Source of the DNA: a virus
IMG/VR virus record: IMGVR_UViG_3300027741_000024
Location: 64,001 to 128,000 of that record
Length of the DNA stretch: 64,000 bases
Strand: one strand, 5' to 3'
Both the position numbers and the translations under genes were made by a program. The first letter of the stretch is position 1. Each line of letters opens with the position of its first letter. This document shows positions 9,501 to 18,588 of this stretch, in pieces. Under the pieces are notes generated by a model, which ran no database searches, was not told where the DNA came from, and saw only the letters and a list, made by a program, of their open reading frames with translations.

Positions 9501-10123
9501 TAAATCTTTTGCAATGTAGTTCGGAAAGAGTTCCAACCTTATTTGAATACGATCATGATTTTGTAACTCAATATTTAATAGACAATGTTAATTGGAATTT
9601 GGTATTTTCAGTTATGATTTCATTAAAAAGAAAATATAATACTGGAGCTGAAACATTTATTAAAGCGGATATTGTTGGTGAAGCAATCGAACAGGCTTCG
9701 AATAATAAATTGAAGTATGTTAATGAAGTTGGTTGCGATTTTTATATACCAGAGTTAGATGTCAAAGTAGAAATGAAATCTTCTAATTCAAATATATTTC
9801 CAGAAACAGGTAAAAGATTTACTACAACGATGAAGTTGAAAAATTTTCGTAGTTTAAAAGTAATAGATATTTCCAAAATAAAAAAAACATTTGACTATTT
9901 GTTGATGGTTGAACCTCTAAGATGTGGTATTGTTTCTTATGAAAAAATTGTACCATACTTTCAATTATATTCTGACGGTATAGGTACAGTAGTTGATGTA
10001 GATGACATACAATTTATAAAGGAAGTATACTCTGTGAAAACAACCGACATTCTTTTGTTTGATAGATATGAACAGATGAAAAAACAGATTATACAAGATG
10101 TAAAGGATAATTTGTATGAGTAA
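9497..10123 (+). CDS. putative PD-(D/E)XK (restriction-like) endonuclease inserted between genes 44 and 62
   Basis: GCDFYIPELDVKVEMKS fits D...ExK; AT-rich; interrupts normally adjacent genes. Confidence 0.5.
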   Translation: MINLLQCSSERVPTLFEYDHDFVTQYLIDNVNWNLVFSVMISLKRKYNTGAETFIKADIVGEAIEQASNNKLKYVNEVGCDFYIPELDVKVEMKSSNSNIFPETGKRFTTTMKLKNFRSLKVIDISKIKKTFDYLLMVEPLRCGIVSYEKIVPYFQLYSDGIGTVVDVDDIQFIKEVYSVKTTDILLFDRYEQMKKQIIQDVKDNLYE

Positions 10124-10502
10124 TCCATTTGATTACGTCAACCAGATTCTTCAAGGTAAGAAACAACTAATTGTAGATGAAATAACCGAGAAAGATTATG
10201 TACCTTTCTTGGTCAACCGGTCTCTTTCCTACCAGAAGGATTGTGTTCTATTTGCAAACGAGATGAACCAACGTCACCATTTAGACAAAAAGATGCAGAA
10301 TGACTTTTTACTAAATACTGTAAGGTCTATGAAAAGACCATTTGCGAAGTGGGCAAAGTCGGAAAAAGATGATGATATAGCATGTGTCAAAATGGTCTAC
10401 GGACTCTCCGACAGCAAGGCACGTGATGCCCTGCGTCTACTAACCAAAGAGCAAATCCAACAACTAAAAAAAGAAACCTTAACAGGTGGGTTAGGAAAAT
10501 GA
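10116..10502 (+). CDS. 62: clamp loader small subunit gp62
   Basis: PFDYVN, YVPFLVNRSLS, ANEMN, KRPFAKWAK. Confidence 0.92.
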   Translation: MSNPFDYVNQILQGKKQLIVDEITEKDYVPFLVNRSLSYQKDCVLFANEMNQRHHLDKKMQNDFLLNTVRSMKRPFAKWAKSEKDDDIACVKMVYGLSDSKARDALRLLTKEQIQQLKKETLTGGLGK

Positions 10503-10503
10503 C

Positions 10504-10908
10504 ATGGTTGATATATCTAAATTTGTTGAGGTCACCTTAGTAGAACAGGATGACTTCCTGAAAGTTCGTGAGACACTAACGAGAATTGGTGTGTCCTCAC
10601 GAAAAGAAAAGGTATTGTATCAATCTTGCCACATATTGCATAAGCAAGGTAAGTATTACATTACACATTTCAAAGAACTGTTTGCATTAGATGGTAAGTT
10701 GTCTACGATTACTGAAAATGATATACAAAGACGCAACGCTATTGCCAATTTATTAGAAGAGTGGGGGTTGCTAAAGATTGTTGACTATGATATTATAGAA
10801 CATAATATGGCACCAATACATCAGATCAAGATCATTGCTTTCAAAGAGAAAGATGAGTGGGAACTGATCGCTAAATATAACATAGGTAAAAAGAAGTCTG
10901 ATTACTAA
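10504..10908 (+). CDS. regA: translational repressor RegA
   Basis: DDFLKVRETLTRIG, LYQSCHILHKQGKYYITHFKELFALDG. Confidence 0.95.
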   Translation: MVDISKFVEVTLVEQDDFLKVRETLTRIGVSSRKEKVLYQSCHILHKQGKYYITHFKELFALDGKLSTITENDIQRRNAIANLLEEWGLLKIVDYDIIEHNMAPIHQIKIIAFKEKDEWELIAKYNIGKKKSDY

Positions 10909-10922
10909 TATGGTGAATCATC

Positions 10923-11105
10923 ATGCACAAAGCGAAAAACAATTTGGTCAAACTTGTAAATAAGTATACCAAAGAAGAAGTATTTACTAGAGATTACGAT
11001 GATGTGATTAGAGAAGGCGCCAATGAATTCGTTCGGGTCTTTACTCAATCAAATCCTCAAAGAACTTATCTTGTCAATCGCACAGCATTTGAGATTGACA
11101 AGTAA
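10923..11105 (+). CDS. hypothetical protein
   Basis: GGTG RBS; fills intergenic gap. Confidence 0.55.
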   Translation: MHKAKNNLVKLVNKYTKEEVFTRDYDDVIREGANEFVRVFTQSNPQRTYLVNRTAFEIDK

Positions 11106-11107
11106 GT

Positions 11108-11128
11108 CGTGATGCCTTCGGGGTCACG
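11108..11128 (+). promoter_or_regulatory. cUUCGg tetraloop hairpin upstream of hsp20
   Basis: CGTGATGCC-TTCG-GGGTCACG. Confidence 0.55.
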
Positions 11129-11158
11129 TATTTTAACTTGCTTAATAAGGAGAAAACT

Positions 11159-11635
11159 ATGACTATTACTGGTCGATTTGGTCCAACTATTTTACATCAA
11201 ACATTGGGCTTTGAAAACTTCATTCGTGATGTAGAAGCAATTCTAAATGACACTAAACCCGTAAGTAATTTTCCACCACATAATATCATCAAAGCAGATG
11301 AGAATAAGTATGTGGTAGAACTTGCAGTTGCAGGTTTTGCAAAAGATGAAATTGATATTCAAGTACAAGAAGGTAACTTGACTATCAGAGGTGAGAAGAA
11401 AGAAGGTACACCAGATATTCAATATCTACATCGTGGTATTGGTAATCGTTCTTTCACTAAAGTAATCACAATCGCAGACACCATTGAAGTGAAAGGTGCT
11501 GAATTCAAAGATGGTATTCTACGTATTGGACTTGAGAACATCATTCCAGAACACAAGAAACCACGCAAGATTGAAATTGGTAATGATTTAAAAGAGTTTA
11601 AGCCACAACTTCTCCAAGAAAAAGAAGCGGCATAA
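11159..11635 (+). CDS. hsp20: small heat shock protein Hsp20 (IbpA-like)
   Basis: FPPHNI, ELAVAGF, YLHRGI, DGILRIGLE..IPEHKKPRKIEI; AAGGAG RBS before ATG 11159. Confidence 0.92.
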   Translation: MTITGRFGPTILHQTLGFENFIRDVEAILNDTKPVSNFPPHNIIKADENKYVVELAVAGFAKDEIDIQVQEGNLTIRGEKKEGTPDIQYLHRGIGNRSFTKVITIADTIEVKGAEFKDGILRIGLENIIPEHKKPRKIEIGNDLKEFKPQLLQEKEAA

Positions 11636-11637
11636 AC

Positions 11638-11658
11638 AGTGGGGCTTTATGCCCCACT
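11638..11658 (+). terminator. GC hairpin after hsp20
   Basis: AGTGGGGC-TTTAT-GCCCCACT. Confidence 0.55.
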
Positions 11659-11674
11659 TATTGAAAGGTATATA

Positions 11675-12241
11675 ATGGATAGAAATATAGAATCATATCT
11701 AAAAGTTTATCAGGTACTATCTGAAGAAGATTGTATCAAGACAGTCAATGCTCTGGAAGAAAAAGAGAAAGAATTTCAAACGCATCAATTCTACAATGCA
11801 TCTAATAATACACATCATTCCTATGAACATGAACTTTCAGTAGCATATTCTCAAATTGAAACTAAAGATTTAATCATGAAAGAGATGTGGAATACTTTAA
11901 AAAAGTATTTGGCTGACTTAGATATGAAAGGTTGGTTTGTAAGTTGGAATGGATATTCTGAAGTACGTTTCAATCGTTATCGTACTGATACACAAATGAA
12001 ACTTCATTGCGATCATATTCATTCCATGTTTGATGGACAACGCAAAGGTATTCCAACACTCTCAATCTTAGGTTCTTTGAACAATGATTATGAAGGTGGC
12101 GAACTTGTATTTTGGGATGATACAACTGTTGAATTAAAAGCAGGTGAGATTATGATTTTTCCTTCTAATTTTTTATATCCACATGAGGTCAAACTGGTAA
12201 CAGAAGGTACCAGATACTCATATGTTTCTTGGGCATGGTAA
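11675..12241 (+). CDS. 2OG-Fe(II) oxygenase (prolyl-hydroxylase-like)
   Basis: HCD, LNNDYEGGEL, FPSNFLYPHEV, GTRYSYVSW. Confidence 0.88.
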   Translation: MDRNIESYLKVYQVLSEEDCIKTVNALEEKEKEFQTHQFYNASNNTHHSYEHELSVAYSQIETKDLIMKEMWNTLKKYLADLDMKGWFVSWNGYSEVRFNRYRTDTQMKLHCDHIHSMFDGQRKGIPTLSILGSLNNDYEGGELVFWDDTTVELKAGEIMIFPSNFLYPHEVKLVTEGTRYSYVSWAW

Positions 12242-12408
12242 TGAAACCTAATTCAAACTTTAAAATGACAAAACCATTAAAGGTCCTGTTGGCCAACATG
12301 GAACCTGAATACAAAAAAATCTATCGTGATGCTATGATATCAGCAATCATTGCACCAAAGGTTGATTTCAAAAAGAAGAAAAAAGAGAATGCGGCAGAAG
12401 AATCTTAA
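12241..12408 (+). CDS. small hypothetical protein (55 aa, not on track)
   Basis: TAATG coupling; MKPNSNFKMTKPLK... Confidence 0.55.
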   Translation: MKPNSNFKMTKPLKVLLANMEPEYKKIYRDAMISAIIAPKVDFKKKKKENAAEES

Positions 12409-12473
12409 TTCTGAAATAATCGCCAGAGAAATTGTCCAAACGCCTTACGTGAAGTGAATACTTACTTTTAATT

Positions 12474-12983
12474 ATGAAAACTAAATTTATACAAGCACAC
12501 ATGAAAGCGGCAGAGGTTTATGCCGAGTTATCATCAGCAACTAGACTTCACGTAGGTTGCGTAGTGGTAAAAGACAATACCATCATTGGTATTGGATATA
12601 ACGGTATGCCATCAGGTTGGAACAATACTTGCGAAGTGGTGATATACGTTCTCAAAGAAGAATGTTATAAAACTGACTTGGAAATGAGAGAACTTGGTTA
12701 TACCGAAACTGTTCATGGTTGGGTAAAATATAAAACTAAACCGGAGGTACTTCATGCTGAAACAAATGCTTTAGCCAAGATTGCACGTTCTACCAATTCT
12801 TCCGAAGGCGCATCACTGTTCGTTACTCACGAACCTTGTTTAGATTGTGCTAAAATCATACATCAAGCAGGAATCAAAGAAGTGTATTACCGTAACGACT
12901 ATCCACGTGCCAACGGAGGTAAACAATTTCTAAAAAACTGCGGTATAGATGTATATAAACTTGACAAAGAATCAGAGTCTTGA
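12474..12983 (+). CDS. cd: dCMP deaminase
   Basis: GYNGMPSG, HAETNA, PCLDC zinc motifs. Confidence 0.93.
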   Translation: MKTKFIQAHMKAAEVYAELSSATRLHVGCVVVKDNTIIGIGYNGMPSGWNNTCEVVIYVLKEECYKTDLEMRELGYTETVHGWVKYKTKPEVLHAETNALAKIARSTNSSEGASLFVTHEPCLDCAKIIHQAGIKEVYYRNDYPRANGGKQFLKNCGIDVYKLDKESES

Positions 12984-12989
12984 TATACT
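12961..12989 (+). promoter_or_regulatory. sigma70 promoter upstream of the gp43 operon
   Basis: TTGACA-N17-TATACT. Confidence 0.7.
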
Positions 12990-13018
12990 GTTTATAGTCT
13001 CAATTTTATGGAGTTAAT

Positions 13019-13249
13019 ATGAGTGTCACAACAAGAGTAGCAAAACAAATCGCAGAAACAAATCCAAAATATCCTAGAGCATATAAGTATGATGTTGTCT
13101 ATCGTGAGTTTGACAACATGGTTGAGTTGATCGGTCTTGTTGACGATCCTACATATGACATCACTGACTTCCGTGGTCGTGAGATGTTGTTTCCTAAAAA
13201 ATGGGTGACACTTGATGTCCTTGAAACTTCTATGAGGGTAGCAGCATGA
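13019..13249 (+). CDS. hypothetical protein
   Basis: GGAG RBS; coupled to next gene. Confidence 0.65.
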   Translation: MSVTTRVAKQIAETNPKYPRAYKYDVVYREFDNMVELIGLVDDPTYDITDFRGREMLFPKKWVTLDVLETSMRVAA

Positions 13250-13554
13250 GTAATATCAAACTAATCACATTTAACACACAACAAACAATCATCGCAGAAA
13301 TTATTGAAGAAGATGATCTTGATTTGTTAGTAAAGAATCCAGTTCAAGTAATTGCTGTTCCACCACGCAATGCTAGTGATCAAGGTGGTGTTGGATTTGC
13401 ACCATATCTTGCTTACACTGAAGAGTTTGATAAAGGAATTCACATCAAACATGACAATGTGTTTTGTGTCACAACTCCAGTCAGTGATCTGCTAGAACAA
13501 TATCGTAAAATGTTTAGTCGTATTGAAATTGCACCTGCTGGTCTAAAACTATGA
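13246..13554 (+). CDS. hypothetical protein of a type often found before gp43
   Basis: ATGA overlap; IKLI...TIIAEI...LVKNP pattern. Confidence 0.65.
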   Translation: MSNIKLITFNTQQTIIAEIIEEDDLDLLVKNPVQVIAVPPRNASDQGGVGFAPYLAYTEEFDKGIHIKHDNVFCVTTPVSDLLEQYRKMFSRIEIAPAGLKL

Positions 13555-13566
13555 TACAATAATTAA

Positions 13567-16098
13567 ATGTCAAAATATTACACCAATGTTGCCGTACATG
13601 GCAATCACATATTGTTTCGTGGTGTAAACAACGGTCGGAGAGTTAAAGGCAAAGTGCCATACTCTCCGACTTTGTTTTTACAGTCTAACAAATCCACCGA
13701 ATGGCGTTCATTGTTTAATGAACCATTGGAGGCTATGAAATTTGAAACCATCAGAGAGGCAAGAGACTTTGTTAAACGTTATGAAGAAGTTTCAAACTTT
13801 AAAATCTATGGTAATACAAGGTATGAATACGCATTCATTGCTGACAACCATAGAGGTATCATTGATTGGGATATTTCTGATCTATCAGTTACAATAATTG
13901 ATATTGAAGTTGGTTCAGATAATGGTTTTCCTGATCCATATAAAGCAAATGAACCAATCACTGCCATTGCGATTCACCAATTGAATGGTGGCACTACAGT
14001 CTATGGTTGTGGTGAGTATAAAGTTCAAGGTGAAGAAATCTATATTAAATGTAAAGATGAAATTGATCTATGTAAAAAGTTTCTTACTGATTGGTCTGAT
14101 AATTGTCCTGACGTTGTAACTGGTTGGAATACAAAGTTCTTCGATATACCTTATATTGTTAATCGTTTGACACGTGTACTTGGTGAAGATAGTGTTAAGA
14201 AACTATCGCCTTGGGGTGTGTATTCTGAACGTAAAACAGTTTTCAAAGGCAGAGAACAAACTGTTTATGATATTGTCGGTGTTGCTGCACTTGATTACAT
14301 GGAACTATACCAATGGTATGCACCAGGCGGTAAGTCACAAGAATCATATCGGCTGGATAATATTGCACAAGTAGAACTTGGTGAAGGTAAGATTGCATAT
14401 GATGACTATGACAACCTGCACCAACTTTATAAACAGAACTATCAGTTGTTTATTGAGTATAACATTAAAGATGTACATTTGATTCTGAAGATGGAAGATA
14501 AGTTGAAGTTGATTGAATTGGCTTTGACTCTTGCATATGATACCAAGTGTAACTATGATGATGTATTTGCACAAACAAGAATGTGGGATGCACTGATCTA
14601 TTCCTATCTACTTAATAAAAAGATAATTGTACCGCCACGCCGTATCAGTAAGAAATCTGAAGCCTTTGAGGGTGCATATGTTAAAGACCCGCAAGTAGGT
14701 TTACATAATTGGGTTGCATCATTCGATTTGAACTCTTTGTATCCGCATTTGATGATTCAATACAATATTTCACCAGAAACGTTGGTTGATATAGACGATT
14801 ACACCGATGAAATGAGAGAAGTAATTTCTAACGGTGTTTCAGTTGATGACTTGTTAATGAAACAGGTAGATACTTCCGGGCTTACTAATGTTACATTGAC
14901 ACCTAATGGTCAATTTTTCCGTACTGATGAACAAGGTTTTCTTCCTACGATGATGGAAGAAATGTATGAAGATCGTAAGAAGTTTAAGAAGTTGATGTTG
15001 AAGTCTCAACAAGACTATGAAGATGAAAGTGATCCAAAGAAAAAATATGAAATAGAGAAATTGATTGCACGATATAATAATCTTCAGTTAGCAAAGAAAG
15101 TTTCATTGAACTCTGCTTATGGTGCGATGGGTTCACAGTATTTCCGATTCTATGATTTGAGACAGGCACTTGCAGTTACCTCTGCTGGTCAGTTGTCTAT
15201 TCGTTGGATTGAAAACAAACTAAACGAATATCTAAACAAACTACTGAAAACTGAAAAAGATTATGTTATCGCCTCTGATACAGATTCAATTTATCTCAAT
15301 CTTGGTCCTTTGGTTAATAGTGTCTACAAAAAAGGAAAAGAAACTTCAGCAATTATCTCCTTCATGGATAAGGTCTGTGAAGATAAAATTCAACCGTTTA
15401 TTGATGAGAGTTATAAAGAACTTTCTGACTATGTACATGCGTATGACCAAAAAATGATTATGAAACGTGAAGGTCTTTCAGATAAAGGTATCTGGACTGC
15501 CAAGAAACGTTACATTCTCAACGTGTACAATAATGAAGGTGTTCAGTATAATGAACCTCACCTTAAAGTTATGGGTCTTGAGATGATCAAATCATCTACA
15601 CCTGCACCTGTTCGTGAGAAAATGCGCCAACTGATTAAGTTGTTGATGATTGCTGAAGAATCAGATATTCAAGAGTTTATTGCCAACTTTAAAGAAGAGT
15701 TTAAAACTTTACCTGTAGAAGAAGTTTCTTTTCCACGTGGTCTTAATGGTCTGAAAGAATATTCAGATTCAAAAACATTATATAAAAAAGGCACACCTAT
15801 TCATGTTAAAGGTGCAATTCTATATAATCATTTTCTAAATGAAAAGAAACTGACTACAAAGTATCAGTTGATTCGTGAAGGTGAAAAATTAAAATTCACG
15901 TATCTCAAATCACCTAATCCATTTAAAGATACAGTAGTTTCTTTTCCAACACGATTACCAAAAGAGTTTGGTCTGCAAGAATATATTGATTACGATACTC
16001 AGTTTGATAAAACCTTTTTAGAACCCGTTAAAGTTATTCTTGATTGTGTTGGTTGGCGAGCTGAGAAACAATCTACATTGGAGAGTTTTTTTGGATGA
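13567..16098 (+). CDS. 43: family B DNA polymerase gp43
   Basis: Exo DIEV and GWNTKFFD; SFDLNSLYP; KVSLNSAYG; SDTDS; KKRY. Confidence 0.98.
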   Translation: MSKYYTNVAVHGNHILFRGVNNGRRVKGKVPYSPTLFLQSNKSTEWRSLFNEPLEAMKFETIREARDFVKRYEEVSNFKIYGNTRYEYAFIADNHRGIIDWDISDLSVTIIDIEVGSDNGFPDPYKANEPITAIAIHQLNGGTTVYGCGEYKVQGEEIYIKCKDEIDLCKKFLTDWSDNCPDVVTGWNTKFFDIPYIVNRLTRVLGEDSVKKLSPWGVYSERKTVFKGREQTVYDIVGVAALDYMELYQWYAPGGKSQESYRLDNIAQVELGEGKIAYDDYDNLHQLYKQNYQLFIEYNIKDVHLILKMEDKLKLIELALTLAYDTKCNYDDVFAQTRMWDALIYSYLLNKKIIVPPRRISKKSEAFEGAYVKDPQVGLHNWVASFDLNSLYPHLMIQYNISPETLVDIDDYTDEMREVISNGVSVDDLLMKQVDTSGLTNVTLTPNGQFFRTDEQGFLPTMMEEMYEDRKKFKKLMLKSQQDYEDESDPKKKYEIEKLIARYNNLQLAKKVSLNSAYGAMGSQYFRFYDLRQALAVTSAGQLSIRWIENKLNEYLNKLLKTEKDYVIASDTDSIYLNLGPLVNSVYKKGKETSAIISFMDKVCEDKIQPFIDESYKELSDYVHAYDQKMIMKREGLSDKGIWTAKKRYILNVYNNEGVQYNEPHLKVMGLEMIKSSTPAPVREKMRQLIKLLMIAEESDIQEFIANFKEEFKTLPVEEVSFPRGLNGLKEYSDSKTLYKKGTPIHVKGAILYNHFLNEKKLTTKYQLIREGEKLKFTYLKSPNPFKDTVVSFPTRLPKEFGLQEYIDYDTQFDKTFLEPVKVILDCVGWRAEKQSTLESFFG

Positions 16099-16640
16099 AA
16101 AATATTCGTATAATTAAAACTGGCATTAACGTTTCAAAGATAAAGAAACAATTAGAAGAACATGCGTCTGATTGGAATTATCAGAAAGAACTGCAACATG
16201 CCACGGTACTTGATCCAGATGTTTATCTAAGCCAAAGTGGTGTGTTGCAATTAGTAATTGGCACGATTGATAAACCTGGTGATTATGTATTTGATTCTGA
16301 AGGTTGTATGGAAGCACCAGCATATTACCGACATACTGAAGCTGTTTCATTTATGAAACGACATTTCAAAGATTTTAAACGGTGTGGATTTCTTTCTATA
16401 CCTGTAGGTGGTGAAGTTGGCAAACATATTGATTTTGGCACTTATTACCTTAATAAAGACAGATATCACTTGTCAATACAAGGTCGTTACGTGTATACTG
16501 TAGGAGATGAAAGTTTAGTTGTTGAGCCAGGTACATTATTTTGGTTTAATAATAAATTGGAACACTCTGCCAAAAACATAGGAGACAATGTACGCATCAC
16601 GTTAGTATTTGATGTGCCACATAATAAACGCAATCCATGA
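16095..16640 (+). CDS. aspartyl/asparaginyl beta-hydroxylase-like 2OG oxygenase
   Basis: HIDFG..Y, RYHLSIQG, WFNNKLEHSAKN, RITLVFD. Confidence 0.8.
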   Translation: MKNIRIIKTGINVSKIKKQLEEHASDWNYQKELQHATVLDPDVYLSQSGVLQLVIGTIDKPGDYVFDSEGCMEAPAYYRHTEAVSFMKRHFKDFKRCGFLSIPVGGEVGKHIDFGTYYLNKDRYHLSIQGRYVYTVGDESLVVEPGTLFWFNNKLEHSAKNIGDNVRITLVFDVPHNKRNP

Positions 16641-17545
16641 TACATGCTATATTACCATTTCTGACTGCAATTGCTTTATCTACTATCGCAGCATACTATT
16701 CAGTAATAGGTCTTGCACAGATATTTCCAGGTTCATATTGGCCGATTATTATTATGGGTTCGGTACTTGAAGCAGCAAAATTGGTAACAGTATCTTGGCT
16801 ACATACTCATTGGAAAGATACATTCTCCGCATTAAAAGTATATTTTCTAATTGCTGTTATACTACTCATGGCAATTACATCGATGGGTATTTTTGGTTAT
16901 TTGTCAAAAGCACATATCGAACATTCTACTGGTATCACACCACTGATTGAAAAGGAAATGATTTATGAGGAGAAGATTAAAACCCTCAAAGAGAGCATCG
17001 AGACTAATCGCAAAAATGTCTTACAGTTGGATGCGGCGGTTGACCAAGTCATGGCACGCTCAACGGACGAAAGGGGTGCAGAGAGGTCGAATCAAATCCG
17101 CAAAGCCCAACAGAAAGAGCGCACACGAATCTCTGATGAGATTGCTAGGTCGCAGACCGAAGTACAGAAAATTACGGAAGAAAAGTCTCCTATATCATTG
17201 GAAATTAAAAAGGCTGAATCAGACTTGGGGCCTATAAAATATGTTGCTGAAGTAGTTTACGGCACACAAGATCGTGATTTGATTGATAGAGCAGTTAGAT
17301 TAGTGATCTTTGTTATTATTGTAGTATTTGATCCACTTGCAGTATTGTTACTAATTGCCTCTAATCAAACGTATCGTAGATTGAAAGATAAACCTGAAAT
17401 AGAAATCAAAAAGGTAGTGAAGAAGAAAAAGATTGACAAGAAGGATGGTCCTAGTTTAGAATCCTTCTTTGTAGATGATAAACATCAAGTAATACCGAAA
17501 GATAAAATTGCTGATATGAATGGAGAAATGAATGAGCGTTCTTGA
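16637..17545 (+). CDS. membrane protein with coiled coil
   Basis: Three N-terminal TM segments, GIFGYLSKAH, GPIKYVAE, C-terminal TM VFDPLAV. Confidence 0.7.
   Translation: MIHAILPFLTAIALSTIAAYYSVIGLAQIFPGSYWPIIIMGSVLEAAKLVTVSWLHTHWKDTFSALKVYFLIAVILLMAITSMGIFGYLSKAHIEHSTGITPLIEKEMIYEEKIKTLKESIETNRKNVLQLDAAVDQVMARSTDERGAERSNQIRKAQQKERTRISDEIARSQTEVQKITEEKSPISLEIKKAESDLGPIKYVAEVVYGTQDRDLIDRAVRLVIFVIIVVFDPLAVLLLIASNQTYRRLKDKPEIEIKKVVKKKKIDKKDGPSLESFFVDDKHQVIPKDKIADMNGEMNERS
17522..17545 (+). repeat. 24-bp direct repeat, copy 1
   Basis: GGAGAAATGAATGAGCGTTCTTGA, identical to 18565-18588. Confidence 0.9.
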
Positions 17546-18395
17546 ACAGAAGGAAAAATATGAAAGAGTTGATTTTCTATCCACATATGGAATAATTCCA
17601 TATTCAATATGGGAAACCGAAAACGCTAAATTTTCAAATTCTATATTGAAAGAATTGAAAGAACGAAATGGAGAATCAACTAGAGAAAACACATTGAAAA
17701 GTTTTGGCGGTGCAGGAAAAAAAACAGCATATACTTCAACTACAAGTTATTTCAATCCTAATCTTTGTAAGATAATATATTCGTCATATTGTCCACCAAA
17801 AGGTAAAATATTTGATCCGTTTTCTTCTGTAGTTCGTCCATATATGGCAAAAAGTTTAAGATATAACTATGTCGGCTGTGAAATTCGTGAGAGTGAAGCA
17901 GAAAAAATTCAAAAAATATTAGATAATTCTTTTATTTTTGGTGAAGAATGTAGTGTCAATGTTCATAATATAGATTGTAGAAAATTTCAAACAGATGAAA
18001 AGTTTGATTTGATTTTTACCTGTCCTCCATATTGGACATTAGAAACCTATTCACAAGAAGAAGGAGATATTAGTAATATTTCCGACTATAAAATGTTTCT
18101 ATCAGAAATGGAAAATGTTTATAGAAAATGTCTCTCTTTAATGCATGAAAACTCATATTGTTGTTTTGTTGTTGCAGATTTTAGAGATTACACTGAAGGT
18201 AGAAAACTTGTAAACAGGCTTGTTCCATTTGTGTCGGATATGATAAGATGTGGAGAAGATGCTGGTCTTGTTTTATACGATAAAGTTATACTAAAAAAAC
18301 CTATAGGAACAGCACCATCAAGATTAAAGTTGTGGAATAATAGAAAAACTGTTAGAATACATGAAGAACTTTTAGTTTTTAGGAGAGAAATGTGA
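17532..18395 (+). CDS. amino-type (N4-C/N6-A) DNA methyltransferase
   Basis: IFDPFS (degenerate motif I), YVGCEI, DLIFTCPPY (motif IV), HEELLVF. Confidence 0.8.
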   Translation: MSVLEQKEKYERVDFLSTYGIIPYSIWETENAKFSNSILKELKERNGESTRENTLKSFGGAGKKTAYTSTTSYFNPNLCKIIYSSYCPPKGKIFDPFSSVVRPYMAKSLRYNYVGCEIRESEAEKIQKILDNSFIFGEECSVNVHNIDCRKFQTDEKFDLIFTCPPYWTLETYSQEEGDISNISDYKMFLSEMENVYRKCLSLMHENSYCCFVVADFRDYTEGRKLVNRLVPFVSDMIRCGEDAGLVLYDKVILKKPIGTAPSRLKLWNNRKTVRIHEELLVFRREM

Positions 18396-18574
18396 TTACA
18401 AATTATGAGAAGTCTGTGTCAATTTATGAAACGGGAGGTCAATATGCTGTTTATAAAGCAGTGGAAAAAGGACACCTATACGCAGATTCATGGCAAAAGT
18501 GTTTGCCGTGTGAAGATAAAACACCACATGAAGTAAATATATGTTTGGTTTGCGGAACACAACAGGAGAAATGA
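18392..18574 (+). CDS. small Cys-rich hypothetical protein
   Basis: GTGA coupling; CLPC...H...CLVCG. Confidence 0.55.
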   Translation: MITNYEKSVSIYETGGQYAVYKAVEKGHLYADSWQKCLPCEDKTPHEVNICLVCGTQQEK

Positions 18575-18588
18575 ATGAGCGTTCTTGA
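18565..18588 (+). repeat. 24-bp direct repeat, copy 2 (uvsX RBS/start)
   Basis: Identical to 17522-17545. Confidence 0.9.
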
